44,888 nt of DNA from Oopsacas minuta (GCA_024704765.1 JAKMXF010000058.1:1-44888); one strand, 5' to 3'; positions 21,894 to 33,733 are shown, counted from the first letter of the stretch. Notes: generated by a model not told the origin, from the letters alone. Made by a program: numbers and translations.

Positions 21894-23226
21894 CAGGGGC
21901 ATTCAATAAATACTAGTCATACCATCTAAACTATAAATACTAGTGTAAAGTTGGTAATTTTTGCTATGAATGTTCAAAGTAGTCTCCTTTATACGCTACA
22001 ACTGAATTTAGCCTTTTAATCCAATTTTCAAAGGTCTTTCTGTACTCATCCTTGGGTATGACTTCAAGGTATCTGTAAATTGCCCGACCGAGGCTGAGCC
22101 GATCCTCAAATTCGCGTCCGGAGAGGTTATCTTTGAGTTTTCTAAACAGCCAGAAGTCACATGGGGCTATATCAGGGGAGTAAGGTGGATGTGGAACTTC
22201 GTCCATGCCCATATCTTTAATTTTTTGCCTTACAGCCAAAGATTTATGCGGTCTAGCATCATCGTGCAAAATTTTGAGACCACGAGTTCCAGTATTTGGA
22301 CGACGCTTAAGATAATGTTTTTCGACCTCAGGCAACACCACATCTGCGTAAAATTGTCCTGTGAGTGTCTGACCTTTGGGAACAGGGATTTGGACTACAG
22401 GACCTAGGCCATCGAAAAATATGCAGTACAAGACCTTCGGGGTACGGAAGTCGGACACACAAACAGCTGGGGGTACCTCTCCCTTCTTTAGCCATAACCT
22501 GCCATCTTGCTTTCTGATCGGTGGTTTGAATTGTATCCATGTTTCATCTCCTGTTACTATCCCTAATAACCGTCCAGGGTCACTCCCTTCATAAATTTCA
22601 AGGTTTTCCTTAGCCATTTGGAGTCTCGCGGCCTTTTGTGGAAAAGTTAAGAAATGTGGTACCCATCGCACTTGGACCTTCCTCAGTTCTAAATCCGCCT
22701 TCAGGATTGTGTGTGCACTTCCCGTTGAAATGCCAACATAGTTAGCTACCTCCTCAACCGAAGAATGCGGAAAAGACTCGACATATTCCTTTACTTCACT
22801 CAATTTGTCATTGTTGGTCGCCAGTTTTGGTGCTCCAGGACGAGGGGCGTCTTGAACAGAGGTCCTACCTTCCCTAAATAGGCTCACCCACCTTCTGACA
22901 GTTGAATACGATAAAGTATCTTCTCTACATATCGTTGCCAACTCGTCATGAATAGACTTTGGAGGGATTTCGAGAATGGTGCGAAATTTGATGTACGTTC
23001 GTTGTTCAAGTTCCGAAAAATTTAGACAAGAAGCCATGAAAAATGTAAATGACAAAATGTAGGTTTCTAAAATAACTGAAACTTGTGAAATAATTAAGTG
23101 ATCAACTCTCTCTAAGTTTTGTTAGAAAGTTGAAATATGGTTCTATATAATTGCACTGAGAAATACTAGCTTAGAACTGCTATTTCATTAAAAATATACA
23201 GTGATTAGTATAAATTGAATGCACCT
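21894..23226 (-). mobile_element. mariner (DD34D) transposon, full length
   Basis: TA-flanked ends CAGGGGCATTCAATAAATACTAGTCA (left) and AGGTGCATTCAATTTATACTAATCA (right, read inward): 21/25 identical, terminal C missing on the right. Confidence 0.9.
21964..23037 (-). CDS. mariner transposase, 357 aa from the first ATG
   Basis: WVPHFLT, TGDETW, LHDDARPH and YSPDIAPCDFWLF motifs; 34 residues between the second and third catalytic Asp; uninterrupted. Confidence 0.92.
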   Translation of the reverse strand: MASCLNFSELEQRTYIKFRTILEIPPKSIHDELATICREDTLSYSTVRRWVSLFREGRTSVQDAPRPGAPKLATNNDKLSEVKEYVESFPHSSVEEVANYVGISTGSAHTILKADLELRKVQVRWVPHFLTFPQKAARLQMAKENLEIYEGSDPGRLLGIVTGDETWIQFKPPIRKQDGRLWLKKGEVPPAVCVSDFRTPKVLYCIFFDGLGPVVQIPVPKGQTLTGQFYADVVLPEVEKHYLKRRPNTGTRGLKILHDDARPHKSLAVRQKIKDMGMDEVPHPPYSPDIAPCDFWLFRKLKDNLSGREFEDRLSLGRAIYRYLEVIPKDEYRKTFENWIKRLNSVVAYKGDYFEHS

Positions 23227-23388
23227 TACCATTAGTATATCTGAACACATATCAGTATATTCCTCGTACTTTATGGTACTCCAAACTTTCAGTATACTAA
23301 CCACCTATTGTTTACAAGTAACTCTAAAGTAATACCTCGTAGCATACATTGTATATGAAATTATGAATATCACAATAGTGGTCTTGAC

Positions 23389-23721
23389 CAGGGGCGTAAA
23401 CTTGGGGTGTGCGGCGGGTGCCCAGCACCCTTGCGGCTGTGATGCCATTGTGCCAAAGTTGTCTGTCACCTTAGCATTATCCAACCGAACTAACCCTACA
23501 ATCTCAATTTAGCAGGTGGCGATCGAAAAATGCCTTCAAAATCAGAGAAACTAATGATCACTGACTCAGAACTAGAGTGAAACAAACTTATCAGATATTA
23601 CAAACTAACAATGCAGCATCATGATCTTACAAAATGAAATATTTATTCAGAAAAATATATAACTAGGGAATGAACAAAGTGTCATGGCAGCCTGTGTGTT
23701 TTGTTGAAGTTTACGCCGGTG
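23389..23721. mobile_element. hAT-type MITE (333 bp)
   Basis: TIRs CAGGGGCGTAAACTT / AAGTTTACGCCGGTG; degenerate 8-bp TSD GTCTTGAC / GTTTCAAC; empty-site paralog near 7215-7245. Confidence 0.75.
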
Positions 23722-25059
23722 GTTTCAACACATAATCCTTAACCCATGACCCACTAACCTATCTGAAAAAAGTGACCCTTCTAGCCCATGTGCAACTCTG
23801 ATCCACATACCTTATTGCTGCATCCGGATTTTCTCCTGCGTGAACCTTTCATCAGTGGATGAAAGGTTCACGAACACCTGGAACAATTCCTTTAATCTTT
23901 TGTCTCATGTCTGTTTAGTTCGTTCACATTCACATCCTAACCTCAACACCAATAATTTGTTTCGTTCATGGTGTTGGAGAGTTCGATCGATCATTCGTTT
24001 AGTTATCTATAACTGCACACATCTGTAATAATCTAGGGCATAATTTTTCCAACTTATTATATATCAGAATATATACACAGAATACAGTAGTATCACATTA
24101 CTATATGTATAGCAGTAATTATATAACTTGATGTTATTCTGATTTTCTATTATTTCTCTTACTATTATTATATGATATTCTACTAAAGATATCCCGAAAT
24201 ATTTGTTGTCTTAATTCCAGATAAAGGTGAGTACTTTCATTCATTATGTGTTACATCCTCAGAGAGGCAGCCATGCCATAAACTAATCCCCTCCGATAAC
24301 CTTCAACTCTGCAATTATATTTTACGATTCTTTGAATCCCAGTTTTGCACTGCTGTTATCACTATGTAATAACTGGGAAATGTTAATTCAATCTAATAAT
24401 AGCATTTAATACTTCTTTCCTTTGAGAATGAACAGACAGATAAACAAACTAACAATATTATATTCATGTTTATAATTTATATATTATATATTCCTTTAGT
24501 ATATTTCTATTTTTTCATTGATTAATTTCATGAATTGATTGGTTTTCTAAATATACATTTGGTGATTTTCTATTGATACAATGGGTTATGAATTGTTTAA
24601 TTATTTGCTGCCGGAGACCTTTGATTATCAGTAACGCTTATTCTTGTACAAGGTTCACGAACACTTCAGTGTGACGTGTTCTCTATAGTTTTGGATAATT
24701 ACTAAATAATCATTGTCAAACATGTTTCAACAAGTTTAATACTATTAATGATAAATGTGTATCAGTAACCACTTTTCCATTAACAATATTAAGTTCTATG
24801 CATAATAAAGATAAATCCTTATAATTATGTGTAATCTAATGAGAGAGCACGCTAAGTTAATGAACTGCATTTTAATGTACTTATCAACTTGTCTATAGTG
24901 ATACTCCTGTCAATCTACTCCCGTTATATCGAGCCTAAAGTGACTGCGATAATACCTTCTATTGAAGCAATGAAATATATATTACAATTTCTTTGGTGGC
25001 TTAGTACCATATTTATTGAATAGTAATCATGTAGTAAATGACCATAAGCTACACTACAG

Positions 25060-25815
25060 CTTAGTATACTAAAGATCAAACCTGATCACTGAGTCAATTT
25101 TCACTCGACCAGGGATTAGAAGAAGTGGATATATTTTTGATAGGAAAATCTATAATCGTCGATAATAGACAACTAGTACATTGTCACCCAAATAATGTAT
25201 TATTTGTATGTAAGAATTCATCAAAGCCACATTTGTGAATATTTTCAGATCGAAGTGACGAAGATATTCATGAATGTGCCCATTTATGGTCATTTTTGAG
25301 ATTGCGCAATAATCTTGAGAGATATCATATCAAGATATAATATAAGTGTATGGGATGTTAGGTGTATACTATAGAATTGCTATCCTGATATGACAATATA
25401 TTCCATGATTATAGAGTTATAAGTGGATATTGGTAAAACATACCACATCCATGGGCTGTATGATAACTCAGAAACTTGCTAAACTTATCATGAAAAGATT
25501 CATAAATTCTGTACAGAGACTGTTTTAGATTATTTGATATTTCAACATTTTGAACATAGATACATAATAATTGTTCTACATAATCTCAAAGACGGAGCAA
25601 GTATTTATATATTTTCCAACTACGTTAACAAATTACTTGACTTCGATCTGAAATTTTCAAACATGTGGCGTTTGTGAATTCTTACAAATCAAAAATACAT
25701 ATATTATTGTGGAAATGTACTAGTTTCTTGATTTTCCCATCAAATATATCCACTTTTTCTAATCCCTAGTCCTAAGAAGTTATAAGTCCTAATCTTTAGT
25801 AGACCACGACCACTG
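25060..25815. mobile_element. Long-TIR (foldback/MITE) insertion
   Basis: Arms about 25107-25256 and 25640-25771 are inverted (GGGATTAGAAGAAGTGGATATATTT / AAATATATCCACTTTTTCTAATCCC; TTCAGATCGAAGT / ACTTCGATCTGAA). It interrupts the conserved pre-ATG sequence of an NHL copy; exact ends and TSD are unresolved. Confidence 0.7.
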
Positions 25816-25869
25816 AAATGTCTACTGATTATTACTATTGATTAGTTCATCTATAAATATTTTGCAATA

Positions 25870-26007
25870 ATAGCCACAGCTAATCCTAATGAACCAGAAC
25901 CTGTTGATTATCCAGAGAGTGCGAGAACTGTAATTGATTACACAAGGAGGATACAACCTCTGGTGAGTGCTAGTAAGTGAGGAAATAGAAATGATGAACT
26001 TACTTGA
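25870..26007 (+). pseudogene. NHL 5' fragment (subfamily A), start codon mutated to ATA
   Basis: GCAATA-ATA GCC ACA GCT AAT CCT...IDYTRRIQPLVSASK*GNRNDELT*; the rest of the gene is missing. Confidence 0.85.
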
Positions 26008-26740
26008 TTCCACATAATTGTTTCTACATGTATTGCCTTTTAGAACTGAACAACCAACATACTACTTATACGAATTGTGATCCCGGATTATCCGGATAAT
26101 GTTACATTCTACCAGAAGTATGAAAATACTCCGGAATCATTCTCCCGGATTATAGAATATCCCAGATAAGGAATAATGTCATAAAACAATCATGCATGAG
26201 ATGTATGATATTAATAGGATCCAAAGTACTCTAAATTCAACCAACTTATTTAGCAATCTAAATTTGAATGGGATTTCCAAAATTCTCATTTTATTTACAA
26301 ATTTCTTCTTTTGATAACAAAGATGAAAAGTTTATGAGACCATAAATACTAGTTATATACAATTATGGCTAATTAATAAAATGAATTTATTTAATGACTC
26401 ACAAAATCTATGGTTGGCGGCGGAATACAGCATAAGTATTATTGTGCATATGAATTGATGGAAAGACAAAATTGACCCACAATAATCTGTTTGGTGTATT
26501 TTCCGGGTGGCAGTGTACTATATGATTGCTATCGGCGAAATGCCTCATACGACAAAAATGTCATGAGTCCTACCCAGTTAATATGCCCACTCTATCCGAT
26601 TCGGGTAACCAACCATTATTGAGACATTATGCCACCTGTCCTTCTATTCGCCACACATGTTTTCACATCTCCTGTTACTGTTGTATTCTCCAATCTGCGC
26701 TCATTTCAGGTATTCTACCTCTTCTATCAATTTAGCAACA

Positions 26741-27592
26741 ATGGCCGAAGCCATTAATATTGAAACAGAGAGAGTGAAAACTAGAATTGATTACACAAGC
26801 AAGATAAAACCTCTGGTATGTGCTACTAAGAGAGGAGAAGGAAATGATGAATTTTACTGTCCACTTGCTATTACAATTGACAAGATGACTGGAGATATTC
26901 ATATAACAGATTGTCACAATCACTGTGTTAAAGTATTTGACAGTACTGCTATGTATATGTTCAAATTTGGTGACAGTAATGGTGAAGGAAAGACGTTCTA
27001 TCCAAGAAGTTTAGTTATTTGTAGGAGAAGGATTCTAATTACTCATAACCACGGTATACTGAACTATAGTCTTGATGGTAAATTTATTTCTAGAATTGGT
27101 AAACAGGGAAAAGGAAAATTAGAATTCAACTGTCCTTGGGGTATAGCAATTAATGAATCTAATGATGATATTTTCATTTGTGATTTTGATAACAATCGAT
27201 TTCAAATATACTCAAAAGAGTTCCAATTTAAATCACAATTTGGTTCATTCAAATACCCTCATGATGTTGAACTCTCCCATGAATACATTTATGTGTCAGA
27301 TAAATCTAATCCTTGTATCCATCTATTCAATCATAACAACATACTCCTGAAGAGTGTAATTTCACTAGGACAAGGAAATCAAGTCATTAATCCCTTATCT
27401 TTCTTTATTGACAATTCTAACAACATTCTAATTACTGATTATAACTCTAATTCTCTATCTATTTTCAATCTTCAATTCCAATCAATTCACTATATTCCAG
27501 TCTCTGAGCATCCAACAGCAGTAACAGTAGACAATCATGATAGAGTTATAGTAGTGTGTTATCATACTATGAACTGTCTACAGATATTTTGA
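26741..27592 (+). CDS. NHL-repeat beta-propeller protein, 283 aa (subfamily B)
   Basis: ATG at 26741 matches paralog starts (the track ORF begins upstream at 26657); NHL motifs; ends CLQIF. Confidence 0.9.
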   Translation: MAEAINIETERVKTRIDYTSKIKPLVCATKRGEGNDEFYCPLAITIDKMTGDIHITDCHNHCVKVFDSTAMYMFKFGDSNGEGKTFYPRSLVICRRRILITHNHGILNYSLDGKFISRIGKQGKGKLEFNCPWGIAINESNDDIFICDFDNNRFQIYSKEFQFKSQFGSFKYPHDVELSHEYIYVSDKSNPCIHLFNHNNILLKSVISLGQGNQVINPLSFFIDNSNNILITDYNSNSLSIFNLQFQSIHYIPVSEHPTAVTVDNHDRVIVVCYHTMNCLQIF

Positions 27593-27849
27593 TGTATAAC
27601 TCTATTTACTTATTTGTATTTCTTTATTTCCTTTTTATTTACATTCTTTCATAGCTTATTTATTAATTACTTCTTCCATTATTATTTCTTTATTATTGTA
27701 ATTCTTCAATTATACTTTTCTTGATTCTGTATTTCATCTTCATGTGTTTTTGGTGGGTCTATCCTCTAAGTTTTAGAATTTTGTGTATAAGATCACTGTT
27801 ACCCAAATTTTCATTTATTTCACGTTCACCTAAGGATTCTGGCGTGTGT

Positions 27850-28330
27850 AATTTCATTACCACGAGCCTGTTGCTCGTTACTTCGCGATGAACTCTGCTC
27901 ATTTCTCCTCGAGGTATCCATTATTCTCCTAATCGACGCCCCTTTGAGTGTTATAATATTGATAAATTTGAACAATGTATTTCTCAAATATACGTATATG
28001 TCATCTGTATTAATGAAATATTTTGTAAGATCACCCTCTAGTCGTGGAGAGCAAGTATCCACGTATATTTTGAGATGTATAATTTGTTTACTTTTTATTA
28101 TTAATCCAATAGTATGAAAATCCGGTTCACTTTTCGATAGTTTTATTGAATTCTATTTACTTCCTTGATAAAACGATATATGCTTAGTCATGGAAAAATT
28201 CTAAATTGCATTCCATAAATCCTTTCCTTGACAACGGACAAAGAAACTAATAGACAGACAGACAACATTTGGTATGTATTAATATAGATTATATAATTAA
28301 GCTGGAATCGAAGTTAATAAGATCCAATAT
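27850..28330 (-). repeat. Dispersed Helentron/HINE-like repeat copy
   Basis: GCTCGTTACTTCGCGATGAACTC at 27873-27895 and GACAACGGACAAAG..ACAGACAGACAAC near 28230-28266 are reverse complements of the motifs at 6420-6885. Confidence 0.5.
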
Positions 28331-30149
28331 AATCTCGATGCTTATAAACTCAAACATTCCAAGATATCAGAGTGTTATTTGAACTGGATCTCACATTCAG
28401 AGCGCGAGACTTGAGAAAGGAGCTGTGAATTGAATGAAAATTTGATCTCAGGGGAACCTATTAAGAAATGGGGGGATAAGGGATATTACGAAAGTATATT
28501 TCACCTTAGGGGCCATGTTTGAAAGAATTTGGAGAACGGACTGAACTTAGATATGTGGAGTAGTCTAACATCGTGCAGTTAGTGCAGTGCCGATATTAGA
28601 CTCCGTTCCCATTTGGAGTGAGATAGTGATTGATATTGGTATTGATAGAAATTAGAATATGTTTGATACTGGTGGCCAATTTGAAGATGTAGAACTTAAG
28701 TTAATAGCTGTTTACACAAATAGTTGTTCCCTGTGCACCAAAATGGATGAGTTTGAGCAGATGATAGCGGCGGGAGAGAGATTTAGTATCAGTTATCGAT
28801 ACCTGGTTAATACTGATTTCAAATTGAAGATACCTGGATATGCGCAAAGACAAAGGTGTACAGATTTTCTGATATACATCTTGTCTAATGTATATACTTC
28901 TGAGTATCCATAATTTTACTTTGGAGTTGATTAGTGCTAATTAGGTAATGAGTTATTATTCTGGTAGGCTTAGACGAATATATAATAATAATACTACGGA
29001 GAGACACTTATGTATAGAAACATTTGTGTACAGATTTTCTGGGGAAATGCTTATATATATGTCTAAGGATACAGCTCCCTTTAACTCTGCGAACTGCACA
29101 CCAGTAGAATCTTTCATTTGCGATAATAAATAGAATTTCTTTTCTTGTACACATATATTGTCAACATCCACTATCTCGACGCCTCAGAGGAAATCAAATC
29201 TGTTCGAGCATCTAATGTTCGACTTAACGGGCATTCGAGATAGCGGATATTGACTGTAGTGCAAATATATTCTTGGTTTCAGTAAAAACTATGATTATAT
29301 TGCTGAGAGAAGGACTCAAGTTTGAATTGAACCCTAAGTCCAAATTAAGAAGATTCCAGATCTACTCAAGGCATAAAATCCAATATATTTCATAGTCTCT
29401 ATCCAGTGCTTTTATTGCTATCTACGTATCTATGTAGGCAGGCACATTTCTGCGTATTTTTCGCTTGCATTTGGTTATTCGTCAGGAAATGCAGTAAATC
29501 TTGTTTTAGATTCCTTATTGGTTCGACAACAAGTTGGTAGTAATACTTACTCTACTTACAATTGATGTTTGAAAAGAGAACTTTTACCCTTTCTAGTGGT
29601 TGTAGGCAAGTATCCACGTATATTTTGAGATGTATAATTTGTTTAATTTTTATCATTATTCCAACAGTATGATAATCAGGTTCAGCTGTTCGATAGTTTT
29701 ATTGAATTCTATTTGCTTCCTTAATAGAAACGATAAAATACATAGTTATGCGACAATTTCTAAATTGCATTCCGTAATCCTTTCTTTGTCAACGGGCAAA
29801 TAAACAGATAATATTTGTTATGTACTTGTATTAATATAGATTGTATAATTAAGCTTGAATCGAAGTTTATGAGATCTAATATAATCTCCAATGCTTATAA
29901 ACTCATGCATTCCAAAATATCAGAGGGTTTATTTGAAGCTGGACCTCACATTCAAAGAGCGAGACTTGCGAACGGAGCTGTGAATTGATTTGAAAACATG
30001 ATCTCAGAGGAACCTATTGAGAAATGGGGGATTAGGAATAATAGGAAAGTAACTTTCACCTCAGGGGCCATGTTTGAGGGAATTTTGGGAACGGACTGAA
30101 CATAGATAACTGGAGTAGTGCTAACATCGTGCAATTTCTCCAGTGCCGG

Positions 30150-31111
30150 TGTGGTAGTGTCATGTGTCCTCCCTAAATTCTGTCCCCCCGGACTAGTGGC
30201 ACTAGGGCCAAATGTCCCCCGGACTAGTGACACTAGGGCAAGGAGTCCCGCCGACGAATGGCACTAGTGTGGAGTGTCCCCCCGTACCTCTGACACTAGG
30301 GTAAGTAGTCCCCACTTTGGGTCAGATGTCCCCCAGCGGACCTCTGGCACTAGTGCGGATTTATCCAAAGATATTATCTACTTTCTAAATACCTTTGTAT
30401 TGTACTAGTGAAACCTATTTCAAATTCAAATATTTCTACTCAGTTTGCTACTACGATCTTTCTCTGCCATCTCTTCGTGCACTTTCGACGTGGCTTTTTT
30501 GAAGAAGAGAACAGAGTCATGTTCAATTGTTCTAGACAGCTGTGCAGATGTATCCTCATCTGAGTTTGATCAAAGGAGCACGTATGAGGGTCAATGCCTT
30601 GGCATAGTGCTGTAGCAAAGGCTATAGAAAATAGTCCACAATCTGTTCCCCCTGATTGTCTTTGAGTTTCAACAAAATGTAGTTCAAAACTGCGTTCAGT
30701 TGTTTTAATTATTGAGGCCACTTGTTTTCTCAAAGATAACGAACCCAGAGAACATGCTGGAATGCTATCATAAACATCCACAATTCCAGGTAGACAATTA
30801 AAGCTTGAGACACAGACCCAGTGTGTCCTACCTAAGTTGACAATCTGGACAAATGAGATTGAAGTTGATTTATATGAAAGCTTTTCGGCAAGCATGCTTT
30901 ATATAAGTACTCCCAATAAAGTATCACTTGTATTTACTAATTTGGTATTTTCTACATACAACCCGAGGACTACTAACCCTAGTGCCGGAAGGGGACTTCT
31001 GACCCAAAAGGAGGACTACTGACCCTAGTGCCAGAGGTCCGGGGGACATATCACCCTAGTGCCACAAGTCCGGGGGGACAGCTCACCCGGGGGACCACTG
31101 CCCCTCTGACA
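30150..31111 (-). mobile_element. Ginger1-type non-autonomous element (962 bp) with GC-rich subterminal CACTAGGG / CCCTAGTG repeats
   Basis: TGT...ACA termini; CCGG TSD at 30146-30149 and 31112-31115, supported by the empty paralog at about 28595 (CAGTGCCGATATTAGACTCC); inverted arrays of CACTAGGG (left) and CCCTAGTG (right). Confidence 0.85.
30440..30895 (-). CDS. Ulp1/C48-like cysteine protease fragment, 151 aa, inside the Ginger1 element
   Basis: His-Asp-Gln-Cys motifs: GRTHWVCV, VYDSI, QRQSGGTDCGLFSIAFA; probably N-terminally truncated. Confidence 0.75.
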   Translation of the reverse strand: MLAEKLSYKSTSISFVQIVNLGRTHWVCVSSFNCLPGIVDVYDSIPACSLGSLSLRKQVASIIKTTERSFELHFVETQRQSGGTDCGLFSIAFATALCQGIDPHTCSFDQTQMRIHLHSCLEQLNMTLFSSSKKPRRKCTKRWQRKIVVAN

Positions 31112-31157
31112 CCGGTTTTAGACTCCGTTCCCATTGAGACTAAGATTGATATAGTCA

Positions 31158-31880
31158 CAGGCCCGGCAGAAGCTCGAGAGAGGTGGGGCGGCCTTGAATT
31201 GTGATGATCGCAGAATAAATAAAGTTAATTTGAGGGGATTGAGAACCCCTCAAATATACATTACGAGAACAACTCCCCTAGAGATTACATTTGTTCTCAA
31301 TGCAAATCAAAGTTGAGCATAATTTATGGCAGTTCAAACTAAGTGGTCAAATAAATATATCTAATTCTGTAATGTGTTTAATACAATCTCAATTGTTGTC
31401 TGTTTGTTTGTTTGTTTGTCCGTTGATGTGTAAATACATTATTGTTTATAGGATTATACAGGAATCAATTAGAAATATCTCAAAATTTACTTAGATACTT
31501 GCCCTCAACGGCTACAGAGGGGGTTGATCTTACAAAATATTTCAATAATATATGTGGCATATACACATATTTGTGAATTAAATTGTTTTAAATATATCTA
31601 TATTATAATTCTCAAAGGGGCCGTCAATTTGAAGAATAAAGGCGTAATGCGGGGAGTTCATCGCGAAGCGACGAGCCTCGTAGTAATTTATAACAAAATT
31701 GTAACTATACTATAGAAGAGCCTCCGGCTTGAACTCGGTGCCAAACATATTACTCAATTATATCAAAAGATCACAAAAATATTCTCGCGAAACATGCACT
31801 CGAAATTTTATGTACCAAAAGATTCACATAAAAGTGGGGCCGCTCAGGTCGCCCCAGCAGCTCCTGCTCCGCCGGGCCTG
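31158..31880. mobile_element. hAT-type MITE (723 bp) with a nested Helentron-like repeat at about 31330-31690
   Basis: TIRs CAGGCCCGGC / GCCGGGCCTG; TSD TATAGTCA / TATAGTTA (7/8); empty-site paralog near 28625-28645. Confidence 0.85.
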
Positions 31881-31938
31881 TATAGTTATTGATACGTCGT
31901 TCTTCTCCTCTTACAATCAGATCTCGTCAAGTCCTTAG

Positions 31939-32313
31939 GTTTTCGAAAATTTTATCTCGATAACTGAATCTGATATTCATAACTATAAATTATCCAATAA
32001 CAGATGGTACTGCGTAGACTTTAAAGTTACTTTCTCAGAAAAGGAAACGATTCACGAACTTCAAGGAACACCAGAAACAGAGACATATTCTACGGATTAC
32101 TACCCAATGACATTCAATATTGTTACCAATAAGTCTATTCCTCACACTCTTACTGAATCAATGAAGGGAACCTATTGTCTTTGAATAATTGTAGAAGATT
32201 GTTCTAAACTGCAAAAGGGGATAATTCAATACGCTAATTCCGAATGTCGAATTTGTACCGATCAAATTTCCTCCAGTATTCCCTTCAATAAATATTATTT
32301 AGCCAACTTATAA
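31939..32313 (+). pseudogene. Exon-like open frame of unknown identity
   Basis: After CCTTAG: 81 open codons VFENFISITESDIHNYKLSNNRWYCVDFKVTFSEKETIHELQGTPETETYSTDYYPMTF..., then TGA, then 42 more open codons. Confidence 0.4.
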
Positions 32314-32881
32314 TTACTGTAAACAAATTGAATATTATATGGACTGGATGATCATATGAAATTGTAAATACATTGTTTGATGGATTTTATATCCGAGCGG
32401 AGCAAGGAAAATTATAAATTACAACCTTAGTCTACAGCTTAGTCTATTAAGTAAATTTGTTTAAAAAGTTGCACTATTAATTGGAGGTGTATTGAGATTA
32501 AATCTAACCCTTCATAGTGCCCCTTCGAAAACTGACGCCCCTGCATAGCACAGTTCCACTTGGAAAATCCACCAAACCTGAATATTTTTGTGGCTGGAAA
32601 AGCCACAAAATATTGAGAATTTTTTGAAATTCCGTTCCTACGGTGGATAAATATTCAGAAAGGCGAATAGATATTCGTCGTGTCATATCAGGGATTTTGA
32701 AGCTACATCGATTCTTTCCGAAGCTTGATAGGCAAAAGAATAATTAATGGAATCCAAATGGAAATAATACATGAGAGAGGAGAAAAAGTAAATAAATAAC
32801 ACAATTCCCTAAACGAAAGTTAATGAAAGCGAAAGTATAGAAAATATAATATAGAAATACACACATAAATAGAGTTGTATA

Positions 32882-33733
32882 TCAAAATATCTGTAGACAG
32901 TTCACATTATGATTACACACTACTATAACTCTATCATGATTGTCTACTGTTACTGCTGTTGGATGCTCAGAGACTAGAATATGGTGAATTGATTGAAATT
33001 CAGGATTGAAGATAGAAATAGAATTAGAAGAATAATCAGCAATTACAATGTTGTTAGAATTGTCAATAATGAATGATCGAGGATTAATGGCTTGATTTCT
33101 TTGTCCTCGTGAAATTACACTCTTCAGGAGTATGTGGTTATAATCGAATAGATGGATACAAGGATTAGATTCATCTAACACATAAATATAACCTTTAGAG
33201 AGTTTAACATCAAGAGGGTATTTAAATGAACCCAATTGGGATTTGAATTGGAAATCCTTTGAGAGTATTTGAACTCGACAGTTAGAACAATCACAAATGT
33301 AAATATCATCATTAGATTCATTGATTGCTATACCCTTAGGAAAGATGAATTCTAATTCTGCCTTTCCCTGTTTACCAATTCTAGAAACAAATTCTCCATC
33401 AAGATTATACTTCAGTATATCGTGGCTATGAGTAATTAGAATCCTACTCTTATAAATAACTAAGCTGCTTGGATAGGACATCTTTCCTTCACCTCCTATG
33501 TCACCAAATTTGAACATATACTTAGCAGTGCTGTCAAATACTTTAGCACAGTGATTGTAAACATCTGTTATATAAATATTTCCAGTCATCTTGTCAACTG
33601 CAACACAAAGTGGACAGTAAAGTTCATCATTTCCTTTTCCTCTCTTACTAGCACACACTAGAGGTTGTATCTTCCTAGTGTAATCAATTCCAGTTTTCAC
33701 TTTCTCTGTTTCAATAGTAATAGCTGTGGCCAT
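32882..33733 (-). CDS. NHL-repeat beta-propeller protein, 283 aa (subfamily B)
   Basis: Intact ORF with NHL motifs; ends CNHNVNCLQIF. Confidence 0.9.
   Translation of the reverse strand: MATAITIETEKVKTGIDYTRKIQPLVCASKRGKGNDELYCPLCVAVDKMTGNIYITDVYNHCAKVFDSTAKYMFKFGDIGGEGKMSYPSSLVIYKSRILITHSHDILKYNLDGEFVSRIGKQGKAELEFIFPKGIAINESNDDIYICDCSNCRVQILSKDFQFKSQLGSFKYPLDVKLSKGYIYVLDESNPCIHLFDYNHILLKSVISRGQRNQAINPRSFIIDNSNNIVIADYSSNSISIFNPEFQSIHHILVSEHPTAVTVDNHDRVIVVCNHNVNCLQIF

Larger units (their letters stand above)
28055..31157. repeat. Local direct duplication (about 28055-28650 vs 29606-30149 plus 31112-31157); the second copy is interrupted by insertions
   Basis: GCAAGTATCCACGTATATTTTGAGATGTATAATTTG starts both copies; colinear through to TTAGACTCCGTTCCCATT. 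Confidence 0.85.

Noticed and set aside
22189-22594. Three short ORFs overlapping the mariner transposase
   Set aside because: Alternate-frame or antisense shadows in GC-richer coding DNA.
23805-23870. KVHAGENPDAAIR as a Nudix box or adenosine-deaminase HAGE motif
   Set aside because: Spacing is one residue short of the Nudix box, the other copies vary (GEYP), and the frame has stops; insufficient to assign a family.
26657-26740. Hydrophobic 28-aa extension (MFSHLLLLLYSP...) as a signal peptide on this NHL copy
   Set aside because: Paralogs start at the equivalent of ATG 26741 and the same leader in other B copies is not open in this frame; probably chance, though not formally excluded.
30170-30360. 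Regularly spaced GC-rich repeats resembling a CRISPR array
   Set aside because: Spacers are short and self-similar, an inverted array lies at 30970-31100, there are no cas genes, and the context is eukaryotic; these are Ginger subterminal repeats.
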